Shown here piece by piece: positions 45,052 through 57,027 of a DNA stretch of 64,000 bases. Source of the stretch: Flectonema sp. DT1601 (lineage: Eukaryota); contig OZ025784.1 of assembly GCA_964019425.1 (NCBI GenBank), positions 62,001 to 126,000 of the forward strand, in the 5' to 3' direction. The stretch's first letter is position 1. Each line of letters opens with the position of its first letter. A model generated the notes under the pieces. The model worked only from the letters and a program-made list of their open reading frames with translations. It did no database searches and was not told where the DNA came from. The position numbers were made by a program, and so were the translations under genes.

Positions 45052-48000
45052 TCAGAAATTAATATTAAAGGACTCTTTGTACGGTGAACCAGAATGCCGT
45101 GGAGATGACGAACTCCCAGCTCTACTGGCAGATCGATGTAAGGAAGTAGATGAACGAAACTGAGGTGACGAGAAGCTGTTTGTGCGGATTTGTTATTTTT
45201 TTTTTTTGCAAATTAACAAACAAAAAAGTAAAATAGTTCTCAACACTTTATGAGGTATCACACCCAAATATCGAATTGAGCAGGAGTTCAACCCACTATC
45301 GACATTGCAAAGTGGGTTTCTAGAAAAGAAACGCATTTCACTTTTGCGTACCAAATAACAAACAACGGCGGCAATCAGTAGACGTCTCCAATCAGCAAGG
45401 TTCCGCAAAGAAGCCCAGTGGCTATCTACCAACCCCTTCTTATCGAAGCATCACATGCTTCAGAATCTGTCAACACATCTCACCCAAATATCGAACTGAG
45501 TAGGAGTACTTCAACCCGCTATCAGCATTGCAAAGTGGGTTTCTATCCCCGAATAACAACCAACTCCTTCTTATCGAAGCATCACATGCTTCAGAATCTG
45601 TCAACACATCTCACCCAAATATCGAACTGAGTAGGAGTACTTCAACCCGCTATCAGCATTGCAAAGTGGGTTTCTATCCCCGAATAACAACCAACCCCTT
45701 CTTATCGAAGCATCACATGCTTCAGAATCTGTCAACACATCTCACCCAAATATCGAACTGAGTAGGAGTACTTCAACCCGCTATCAGCATTGCAAAGTGG
45801 GTTTCTATCCCCGAATAACAACCAACCCCTTCTTATCGAAGCATCACATGCTTCAGAATCTGTCAACACATCTCACCCAAATATCGAACTGAGTAGGAGT
45901 ACTTCAACCCGCTATCAGCATTGCAAAGTGGGTTTCTATCCCTGAATAACAACCAACTCCTTCTTATCGAAGCATCACATGCTTCAGAATCTGTCAACAC
46001 ATCTCACCCAAATATCGAACTGAGTAGGAGTACTTCAACCCGCTATCAGCATTGCAAAGTGGGTTTCTATCCCCGAATAACAACCAACTCCTTCTTATCG
46101 AAGCATCACATGCTTCAGAATCTGTCAACACATCTCACCCAAATATCGAACTGAGTAGGAGTACTTCAACCCGCTATCAGCATTGCAAAGTGGGTTTCTA
46201 TCCCCGAATAACAACCAACCCCTTCTTATCGAAGCATCACATGCTTCAGAATCTGTCAACACATCTCACCCAAATATCGAACTGAGTAGGAGTACTTCAA
46301 CCCGCTATCAGCATTGCAAAGTGGGTTTCTATCCCTGAATAACAACCAACTCCTTCTTATCGAAGCATCACATGCTTCAGAATCTGTCAACACATCTCAC
46401 CCAAATATCGAACTGAGTAGGAGTACTTCAACCCGCTATCAGCATTGCAAAGTGGGTTTCTATCCCCGAATAACAACCAACCCCTTCTTATCGAAGCATC
46501 ACATGCTTCAGAATCTGTCAACACATCTCACCCAAATATCGAACTGAGTAGGAGTACTTCAACCCGCTATCAGCATTGCAAAGTGGGTTTCTATCCCTGA
46601 ATAACAACCAACTCCTTCTTATCGAAGCATCACATGCTTCAGAATCTGTCAACACATCTCACCCAAATATCGAACTGAGTAGGAGTACTTCAACCCGCTA
46701 TCAGCATTGCAAAGTGGGTTTGCTCAGAAAACAACGACAAGAAAAAATAAAAATAAAGTAATGAAGAACATACCTCCCAGGAATGACCCCTGCTGGAAGT
46801 GGAGACTTGACTTTGGGTATAGTGATAGTGGCCGCTGCTTCGTGTTGTGTCATTCTTTTTGGTATACAAGGTCTGAAGTCATATTGTGACGAGTGTTTGT
46901 AAGAAGGTGATCTACGAGGTGACTCAGAAGTAATAACTCGACCAGGAGACGAATCACCTGCCGGAATTCGAGGAGAAGGAGACACAGATCTGATAGGAGA
47001 GCTTGACCTCGTTGGGAGATGCCCCGACAAGTTCTTTTGATTCACTCCAATGGTTTGCTCTCTATAAACACGATATGCCTCATTACGTTCTTTAATATCG
47101 AATTTTGTTGGAATTGTTGTTGTTGCTGTTGTTAGTTTTGATTGTTTTTTTGGTTTCAATGGCGGTGGTGAAGCAACTTTTTTATCCAATTTTTGATGGG
47201 TCCGCTCAATGCTCTTCTTAACCTTTTTACAATACTCTCGGTAGCGTTGACCCGCAGCAAAAGCTGCTGAGATGTGAGTAAGTTCAGTTCGTAGGTAGCT
47301 GTGATTGTTTAGCTCATTTTGAAGATGGCGACCACTTTTTATAACTGCGATTTGACGACCTGTTTCATCATAACCATCCCTTAAGGATTGGTGAAACCAC
47401 TGCAATCTCCCAACTCTCAATACGTCTTCCTCACGTTGAATATGACAACGGCTTACGTCTTCTGATTTTGCTATGGAATTTTGTGCTGTGAAAACTGTCT
47501 TTGCTTCGTTGAACAAATCAATTGCAATATATGAAGCTTCTTGTAGTCTCGTTAGTTCTGAACCTCTGACTCTGACGATCATCCTGCGAAGTTGTTCTTC
47601 TTCTTTGAGAATAACAATAACGTCAGTGTTGTGAGTGTTGTTGTTTTGATGGTCGTTGGTTGGTCGATTTCTTGAAGGAGGGTCAAGTAGTCGTTTTGGA
47701 GGTGTCTCTCGTGGGATTGTCGCAATGTCACATTGAGATAGCAATCCGGGAGATTGAATTTCAAAATCTAATAAGTTGTCACACGCATGCTGAGGTTGTG
47801 TTGCTGTTCTTCTCATGTCTGAACTCAAAACATTTCCAAACATACTATCCAAATGATCATCGACATCAATGATTTCAACCTCCTCCAATAAGATCCCATT
47901 TGATGATATTGAAGGTAGTCTTTTTAACAATCCCTGTGGACATGTCGGACTCATCATATCAAATACAACACATGGTTCTGGACCATGCGTATCAATTAAT

Positions 48001-49835
48001 CTGTTTAAATGATCATTCTCTTCTTCACTCGGAATCGTTTTAATTTCATTTATCTTATCTGGGAAATATTTAGCGTAGAATGCAGCAAGTCGATGTCGAG
48101 GGTTCGTTACGTCTGGAGTCCCAAAGATCGATGATTCTTTTTGGTATGCCGCAGCTTCATTGCCTCGATATTTAAGTAAAATAGAATCAAGATGTGATGG
48201 GTCTACATCATTAATAGCAAACAGAGTTAGAAAACGAATCTTCCAAACATCATCATCATCATTAAGACAAGGAGGAGGTACAGCTATGGGTTGATACTTT
48301 GCTCTTCTTGGGCTTCTTTGAGTTCTTCTTGGAGAGCTGACTGCTTCACTTCCGCTTGAGCTTTCGTCAGAGTGCTGGATGTAAGAGAATCCATACGCAG
48401 TATCGATGTCTCGGAATAAAGATTCTTCGTCTCCCTTATTGTCACTCAGCAATAAAGTGATCTTTTCCTTTCCGATAACAGAATTATGAAATTCATAAAA
48501 CTCATGAATTGCTTGTCTCCAAGATCCATTTCCTACATAAGCAGCTACTCGAGATGATTTTGGTCGTTTCTTCTTGTGATCTACACCAATCTTTCGACAC
48601 AGACGCTTAAACTGTTTTCTAGTATTAACTTCCCCAGTCGGAACTTGATGGTTATGACTAATACAAAGATTTAATATAATGTCATCCCAGTATCTCTCAG
48701 ATTCAGAAGTTAAATCAACTTCTTCTAAATGAATATTATTTTCAGCTGGTCGTACGTCACCCCAAACCCTGTCTAGGCTGCTTGCTGGTATTAATCCGCT
48801 TGAGTGTGGAGTACCCGACCTGCTTGAGATCCGAGATCGTGAGAACGCTTCACCAAATATTGTACTCTTCTCTTGATTCTCTTCTAATTCTTTAGTAAGC
48901 TGCAGTGCTGCAGCTCTCAGTTGAGTACTTTCTTTTGGACTTTGCAGTGTCATTGTGTATCTCCTTGTAGGAGTTAGTGGTGATAGTTTTGTAGCCATTC
49001 CCTGATAGCTGCTGCAACCTTTCTTTGATCCAGCTCTTGAACGGCGGTTCTCTTCAGTGGTGGTTTGACGTTTGTGGTATGCTTGGTGAAGTCCTTGTTC
49101 AGCCTCAAATGTTTCTTTTAAATCCTCATACAATTCCTCAAGAGATTCAAATTTCCTTTCAAGGTATTGCCACTCAGAGTAATTCTTACCGTAGTCGGAG
49201 CATAGTTTTATAATGTTATTTCGAATGACATCGTTTTCTGAGGGTTTCGAACCAGGTGGGGAAGGACTGCGACCACTTTCAAACGAAATACTGTTCTCAG
49301 AAACAATTCCAGCCCGAAGAGTCTCAGAACCGATCCGTTCTAGAACACCACTCGGGGAAGACGTTGCAGTAGTTTTCGGAGACAGTGTAAGATCAATATT
49401 ATTTAATAAATCGCTGCCTGGTTTTGTTTTATTAAGAGTACCACTGCCAGCATTGTCAGGAGAGAGTTGCGGGGCTGGGTTTGCGTCCGGTCCTGGACTG
49501 CCAGACTCAGTCTCCATGCCAGGGGAGTTTTCTACCGTTTCGGTTTCCGTCTCTGGTTCTTCTTGTGGTCGTCTGACCATTGCACCTTCAAGACCTTGAG
49601 TCATTGATTCGCCATCTTCCCAAATCACGTCATACGAACCATCGTTGTTGGCGCTCATTATATTTGCGCTGTACCATTCAGATTCACATTCCCAATAGGC
49701 CTCAACGACATCTCCTTTTTCGAACCTGTCTGATTTCATGTTCATGTGTGCTTTTGGTTTCGCAACTGGAATATCACTTTCCCACGACCCGGATGAGATT
49801 AGACTTGAATTTCGATTGAATTCTCGTGACGGCAT
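45052..49835 (-). CDS. Tudor-like domain + helical-repeat + Ser/Pro-rich protein, ~1061 aa, 2 exons
   Basis: N-terminal FEKGDVVEAYW...WYSANI...YDVIWEDG (Tudor-like). Donor GTATGT at 46773 and acceptor ACAAACAG at 45176 join a final exon SFSSPQFRSSTSLHRSASRAGSSSSPRHSGSPYKESFNINF* in frame. Confidence 0.75.
45428..46721. repeat. 131-bp tandem satellite, ~10 near-identical units, inside a 1.6-kb intron
   Basis: Period 131 (ORF starts at 45528, 45659, 45921, 46052...), with only two variable C/T positions. A diverged partial unit lies at 45261-45322. Confidence 0.97.
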
Positions 49836-52650
49836 GTTGTATCTGCCTGGCAGGGAATGACAGTTTAAAAAAACTAATAATTTTAAATTTAATTTAATGA
49901 AAGGAGATGATCAATCTGTTTTGAAGAAATATTTGTAAAAAAAAATAGAACCCCACAAACACAAAGCTTTCATGGAATGCTTTTGGGAACCAGTGGTGGG
50001 AAGGTGTGACTGAAGAAGGGGAAGTTTTTTTTGTGGTCTTTTCCATTTCGTTAAATTCTTTTTTATGTTTTATTTTTTTTTCTAAAAAAAAAAACTTTTT
50101 TTTTTTTTTTTTTCAAATTGCATTATATCCAGAGCTGGGTCTCGTCGCAAGAGCTCAAGCGGGTGACCACCTGAACACCTCCACAAAACGAATTAATCGC
50201 AGCAAAAGAAATACTAAAAAATGAAAGGGGGAAAAAAAAAAAAAAGAAAAAAAAAATTAGTACCACGCACTAAATTCCTTAACTACCCTACAGAAGTAGT
50301 TTTGCAGTGCACTCTACTTTGGGAATAGCGTGAAAAAAATGTCACTGGGATGCACACATCGACATAGTAGCAGAAAGCTTCCATGATTATTGGCCATTCA
50401 CCAGCGTGTGTAACTAGCATGTGAATAACCTCAATGTAGCTCACCAGCAGTCAAAGGCAAGATACCTATCACAATACAGTGACCAACACATAAATAGAAG
50501 CAGAAAGAAATCTCCATGACGACGAGGTAAAGGCCTACCAGAGAACAAACTCGATAGACCACCAGGGCTGTGAGATGGATTTTTTGTGCTGCTTTTTTTT
50601 TTTTTTTTTTTTTCCCTACTACTTCTCTTTATTGCTTTATAATTTAGTCGAACTTGTGCAAAACAGGAAAGCACTCTTGGAGTAGTTTTTTTTAAAAAAA
50701 AAAAAAAAAATTGAAAAAAAAAAAAAAAACAATGTTCCACCCTTACATTTCAAAGAAATAAAAAAGAAGGGAGAAAAGACAAAAAAGCTTCCCTTCCTTT
50801 TTTTTTTTTTTTTTTTTTTTTTGCTATATTATTTGAAGTAGGGAAACGAATAAAAAAAAAAGAAAAAAGGAAATTTGAATCACCAACCCTACCCTGTTAT
50901 CGTATTATTTTATGTCAAGATTGGGACTACGTTGAGTTAACCATCGAGAATCTGAATACTAAAAGAAGTAAGATGAATACAAAAAACAAGGGAAAAAAAT
51001 AAAAATAAAAAAAAATAAAAAAACTTTCACAAGAATGACATTTTTTTTTTTTTTTTTTTTTTTTTTCCCGGTCATAAACCTCACTTGGTTAAAATAACGT
51101 GATACTTACCTGTGTGTTTCTACCCCAGAGCGGAAGGAAAAGGTCGATAAACCGTCGTTGTGTCGCCAGCGGTCTTGTTTGCAACGCCTGTCTTATTGTC
51201 TTACGTAGTTAACTATAAACTAAGAAGAGCTTTTTGATGAGAGAATATTAAGGCGTTGCGAGGACCCTGGCAACTGCGGGAACGCAGTTTTCTTTGCTCC
51301 TCGTTAGTTGGCCTCAAGGCATCAGAAAGCAGAAGCTAACTGGAAAATTAGCCTTTTAAGAACACAACGCATTCACATAGCACCCACCGCACAGTGTCAG
51401 CACCACAGGTCGCGCACTACAGGAAGGAAGCGGATTTTAGACTTGCTTAAATCTGGTTTTTTTCTTGTTTTTTTTTTTCGTTTCTTCTTTCGTTATATAT
51501 TTTTTTCTTCTTTTCTTTTTTTTTTTTTTTTTGTTAAATTTGTTACCGTGGTGTCGAACGTTTAATTTTTTTTTTTTTTAAAGTTTTTTTTTCTTTCAAA
51601 AAAAAAAAAAAAAATAGGGAGAAGGCGTAAATCTTATAGGAAAAGAGGGTAAAAAAAAAAGGGGAAAGCGAAAGCGAAAACTGGGCAATCCAGTATGTGT
51701 GCGGTAATAATTTTTTTTTTTTTTATTATTTCTTGACTAATTTCACACGCGCCAACTGTCGGGAGCAACAAGCTCGACTATGTTTTTTACAATGGCGTGG
51801 AGAGCAAGTTGTCTACCATAAATCAATATAAAAGAAAACAAAATAAAAAGAATACAGGCAGAATCAACTTGAAAGAGTGGATCATTCAACTACCGGATTT
51901 TTCTCCTTTGAAAAAATCTGTGCATATCCCCCCCTGCATCAAAAAAAAAAATTTTTTTTTTTCACTATTATGTGTAAACCATTTTTACTACGTTACAAAA
52001 AAGAAAAATAACATGAAAAGAGAGTAACTTAATCGAAGTTGTTTTTTTTTTTTTTTTTTTTTTTTTTTTTGAAGCTTTTTTTTTAACGTTTAAACAGGTA
52101 CACATAAAAAGTGAAAATCCGTTACTAATATAAGTAATTACTGGAAAAGCAACGGCTGCCGATTTTTTTTGCCAGGGCAAACACACTGGTCTGATTTTTT
52201 TTTTTTTTTTTTTTTAAAAATAATAAAAAAGTAGTTTTTTGAGGCGTTGTCCTCACACACAATAATAATAATAAATAAAAATTTTAAAAAAGCGAAGAAA
52301 TAAGAAAAAAACACTACTAACTGAAATCAGGAACATAAGAACATGAAAAAAAAGCGAAAGTGTAAAGAGAAAGTAGGGGAGGGCAGAGAGAGAACAAACC
52401 AACTTTAAAAAAAAAAAAAAAAAAAAAAAATCATCTTTACTTTCTACAGACCAGATGCTATTTCTCAACTCGATTAATCAACTAATTTGGTCAAACATGA
52501 TTATAAAAAAAAAAAAAAAAAAAAAAACAGGTCCTTTTCTTACCATTACACTAACTCACCGTTAGCTACAAAGGAAAGACAAAATAATAAAATAAATTGG
52601 ACTGCTCAGCCCAATTGCTAATTACAGCAATAACTCAACTCACAAGATAC

Positions 52651-52681
<31 letters not shown>

Positions 52682-55636
52682 GTCCTTTTCACTCCGAAAC
52701 TTAGTTAGTACTGTGGTAGATTCCAGGAACTGGCGGAAAAAAAAAAGGAGCCGTCGGAAGAATCTTGAAAACAGCAACGCATTATTATTATTATTATTAT
52801 TATTATTGATCAATAGAAGTGTCAGCTTGTCACCATCTGATAGAAGCTGGGAGCTGTTGTTGTTGTTTTTTTTTAAAATAACTCTTTAAGATGCTCCAAT
52901 AAAGTTTTTTTTTTTTTTTTTTTTTTTTTCTTAAACCTAAAAAAGAGAAAAGTTTGGCAGGGGAAAAAAGGTGGAAGAGGCAAAGAAGGATAATATAACT
53001 CAACACAGGAGTTGAGTTTTAATTTTTTTTTTTTTTTTTGTAGCAGTGGCCCAAAATACACTCAGCATTTCAGGCCAAAACCCATTTTTTTAATTTTTTT
53101 TTTTTGAAAAAAGAGATATACCAGTAAGGTAAATGATTAGGTAAACAAAAGAAAAAAAAAAGAAGGATGGGGAAATGGAAAGTGGAAAAACTAAACCAAC
53201 AACAACATCCCACAGTCAATCAACCAGTATCAAGAGAGATCCAGAATTGAAGGCTGTGGAGTGCTGTATGTCGATGAGACGCATGCCCTATGGGACTTTT
53301 ATAGAAAAAACAAGTAAAATAATTCAAAAAAAAAAAAAAAAAAAAAACAAACAAACACACATCTATCGCCTCCATAGAGACGGTACAAAAGATTTTTGTT
53401 GATTTTGCTTTGCTTTTTTTTTTTTTTTTTTTTTTTTTTCATTTTTCGTCGATGACTGTCAACACATTGTTCACCCATACACATAAACAATCAGTACCCA
53501 GATAAAGAAGAGGCTGATTGGTGGTGTGCTCTAGACTCTTACTCTCACATGCAACAACACCGATAGACACAGGGAGGTAGGGACACAAGGGAAGGGTAAT
53601 AATAATATAATATAAAAATAAAATAAAAAAGTGATAAGAGCGGTGACCACTAATTTGATTACCTCCCTGCTTTACTTTTTCTATTCTTGTTTTTTTTTTT
53701 TTTTTTTTTTTATATATAAGTACCGAAGAGTAATAATTTATCTCGTGTGGAGTTATCGCATCCAATGAAATTTAATTAAATGAAAGAGGGAAACAAAAAA
53801 AAAAAAAAATCACACAAGAGGAATATATGGGTGTTGAGATCAGGATTTTTTTTCGTTCATAAGAAATTCGTTTGGGGAAAAAAAAAAAAAAGCAGGCATT
53901 CTTTTTTTTTTTTCCAGCACCAAAGTTCACTATAAATAAAGTCAACAGCATCATCACATTTGATAAACTACTTCTTTTTCTGAATGGAAAACAAGACTAC
54001 TTACAAAAGAGGAGCTCACATGATTCTGAGGCTGAGTTCAGTTTACCTTTAACGAAGAGAAATCCTTCGCACTTGGTGCACAGACTTTAAAGGCATTATA
54101 TTTCGGTATATTTTTTTTTTTGAAACACCGAGAACAAAACACATTGTTGTAGTGTGAGTTCTTTTGCTTTTCTTTTGTCTGCTGAAATTCTATTTTTTTT
54201 TTTTTTTTTTTTTTAACTATGCTTTTACAAGAGGAAAAAAAAAAAAAAAAAATTCAAAACCCAAAATACCGTATATCAAATTATTTTTTCAAAGTAATCG
54301 ATAAGAAATTATTCACTTTGCAGGTTACTATTTTGATGTGTGAAATAACCCTCTCTTGAAATCTCAATTGGTTTAAGTCTATTACGGGATACAAGAAAAA
54401 AAAAAAGTAGCATGCTGGGAAAAGAAAAATAAATGCATTTTTTTTTGATGATTTCTAGTTCAACAGAACCTGAAAACAGAATCCTACCAGCTGCGGTGTT
54501 TTTTTTTTCTTTTTTCTGAACAAAAAAAACAAAAAAAAAAAAAAAAAAAAAAGAATCATCAAAACCTTTTTTTATTTTATTGAGAGGGCAGTATGCAAGA
54601 TCAAGAAAAACAGAAGAAGAGTAAAAAAAAAAAAAAAAAAAAAAGGCTAATGCAAAAAAAGACATTTACATTAAAAAACATTTTTTTTTTTTTTTTTTGA
54701 TAAACCATTATCAGGGTGTTACTGAAAATGACGTATGCTTTCTGCTACTAAAGAACAGGGTTAGGGTTGTACGTACTACAGCAGATCTCTATGTTGTAAG
54801 GTAAGTTAAATTAAGCGAGATTTTTGTAACACCCAACAAGTATTAATAATAAGTGATTTTCTTTGCAGTTAGAAAAAGAAGGAGCCACGAAGGAGGAGAA
54901 TTAAATTTGCCGCACATCATCAGAACGATATTTCAGAAGCGGACCTCTTTTTTTTGATGGCATACAGTAATGTGCTGTTGGAACTTTTTTTTTTTTAATT
55001 TTTTTTTTTTTTTTTAGTTTTGTTTTTTTTTTTGGAAAAAAAAACATGCCTTTGGAAAAAAAAAAAAAAAAAAATGGAAACAAAGATGGTTTCGTTAATA
55101 TTTTCTTGTTTTGTTTTTTGTTTTTTTTGTTTTTGACCCCAGTGGATAAAATGCATTGAAAGCAGAAAAATGACGGGCAAACATTGTGGAAAAGAAAAAA
55201 AGCAAACCGAGTTGCAAGTTTTCGTTAATTTCATGGGTTGTTTTCTTTTCTTTCATTTGTTTTTCATTCCCATTCAGACGTCAAAACGTATCGGAAATCA
55301 GTGAAACGGTAAAAAAAAAGAAAACACGATTCACATTCCAGATAACAATAATAAAAGTTTCTTTTCCGTTTCTTGTTTTTTTCTTCAAAAAAAAAAAAAA
55401 AAAAAACGCGCTGGGATTTTCTTTTCTACCTAATCAAAGCAAAGAAATCTTGGACAGCTACAACAGAAGATATCGAACAGCGCTCTTTGTCATGCGAATG
55501 ACCTGTTCATCTTGCAAAGTAATACCCCCAGGCAGAAGAACGAGTTTTTGTTTTTTATTTATTTTCTTCTTTTTTTTTTCAAACATTTTAAAAAAAAAAA
55601 AAAAAATGGTAAAAGTTGTTATATTCTACTGTTTAA

Positions 55637-56485
55637 TTAATCCAAGTACTGTCCTCTGTAGGCAGTTGGTGGTGACCAGCCTGGTGGCGGCATTTTGTGG
55701 TAACGATCTCTTTGAGGAAGCAGGTTCTGAATTGCTTTACGTGGGTAGCCACTCCAGCATTCGAGTGACTGAGATTCTCCTTTTGTGTCTGTTGGTGACC
55801 AAGCTTGGGCATTTGGATTTAGCTTTGCTGCTTCTTCAGTTTTACGTGAAGTTGGTGGAGCTATCAATCCAGAATGACGTGTTGACTCAGGTGGACTCTG
55901 AGCGTATTGATAAATAGTACAAACCCACGACACTCTGTGACGATCTTCACCACGAACTGGTGGAGTTGTAACGCTGTTTGTTGATAGTAACGTTGCAACT
56001 TCTACTTCAGTCATTGGAATGACTCCTTCATTCTCATCAAGTACTGAGAGGTAATTATCAACAAGTTCATTAAGACGTTGTTGCTCTGAGTGCACTCTCT
56101 TTGTCAATCCAGTTTCAAGACTTGGAGCTCTTGGAAACTTCTTCTCACGAGGAGTAGCACATCTTTCAACTGATCGGGAACGTCTCTCAGTAGAAGAAGT
56201 TGACTTTTCACTAATCTCAGATGTAGACCCATCTAAATCTAGTGATCCAGGACCTCTTGATGGGAGTGAAACACTTGGTGAGCTAGGCTGACTGATAGAA
56301 CTTGCTTGAGGAGTCCACTGGCTTTCAACGCTCTCGTCATCATCTCTCTTCCACTGCTGACTGTACACAGGAATCTTTTGATACTGAGGTTGCTGTCTGT
56401 AACCTCTACTATAACCCCCTCTGTTGTCGTATCCATTCTGATGATGTACTCCTCCTTGTCTTCTGTGGTAGTGTCTTCCGGTCAT
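55637..56485 (-). CDS. Disordered protein with a PAM2-like (PABP-binding) motif
   Basis: Likely start MTGRHYHRR (ATG 56485). RGG/Q-rich N-terminus; KLNPNAQAWSP resembles PAM2 LNPNAxxF/WxP. Confidence 0.65.
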   Translation of the reverse strand: MTGRHYHRRQGGVHHQNGYDNRGGYSRGYRQQPQYQKIPVYSQQWKRDDDESVESQWTPQASSISQPSSPSVSLPSRGPGSLDLDGSTSEISEKSTSSTERRSRSVERCATPREKKFPRAPSLETGLTKRVHSEQQRLNELVDNYLSVLDENEGVIPMTEVEVATLLSTNSVTTPPVRGEDRHRVSWVCTIYQYAQSPPESTRHSGLIAPPTSRKTEEAAKLNPNAQAWSPTDTKGESQSLECWSGYPRKAIQNLLPQRDRYHKMPPPGWSPPTAYRGQYLD

Positions 56486-57027
56486 TTTAGGAAAAAAATT
56501 AAAAAACTTTTTTCTCGTGTAGTTAAGGATAAAAGAGAGGTAAAAAAAAAAAGTTGGGAAACGGAGATAAAAAAAGGGAAAGGGAAGAGAGGAAAAAGAT
56601 AAAGTGTTTTTAATAAGATGGCTGATGTGTAGGGGGGACGAAATAAAGCTCATATCCGCGTTACTAATTTCCTTTACAATTTACTACTTACAAAGTCATT
56701 TAATCCTGTTAAAAGAGAGAGAAAAAAATAATCAAAGCAATAATTTACTATTCAAATTGGGGAACTGTTGAACAAAAACAAACAGTTTTACACTGCGGTG
56801 TCTTTTTTTTTTCTTCTTCCTTTTCATCACACCGTTAACGCCTGCGCCATCATAAGTATATCAACCAAGCGGCGGCAAAAAAAACGCTAACGGGAAGGGG
56901 TATATGCACACTGGTCGTTGTTGGTAGTGGACTGCTGCAACGTTCGGGCAACAGACACCAAACAACAAAAATGAAAAAAATTGGGAAAAAAGAAAAGAGA
57001 AAAAAAAGTCGTTTCTTCCTATGAACA

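Noticed and set aside
45464..45473. AATCTGTCAA in the satellite is antisense to a conserved SSU rRNA stretch (possible C/D snoRNA guide)
   Set aside because: Only 10 nt, not followed by a D/D' box at the required spacing, and no convincing C box.
45428..46721. CRISPR array, or real 77-aa plus-strand ORFs, in the 131-bp repeat
   Set aside because: There are no unique spacers (units are near-identical) and no cas genes. The period is not a multiple of 3, the ORFs start at TTG, and the array lies antisense within an inferred intron.
51102..51260. U1 snRNA gene on the plus strand (begins ATACTTACCTG)
   Set aside because: No U1-70K loop (GATCACGAAG), U1A loop (ATTGCAC) or Sm site follows. It is better explained as a minus-strand 5' splice site.
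54758..54768. Telomeric repeat GGGTTAGGGTT (also single units near 4401 and 7314)
   Set aside because: Fewer than two full units; expected by chance.
49900..55600. Many short ORFs rich in poly-Phe or poly-Lys (also at 7025, 15774-17134 and 29012-29567)
   Set aside because: They are translations of poly-T/poly-A tracts, mostly with non-ATG starts and no protein-like content.
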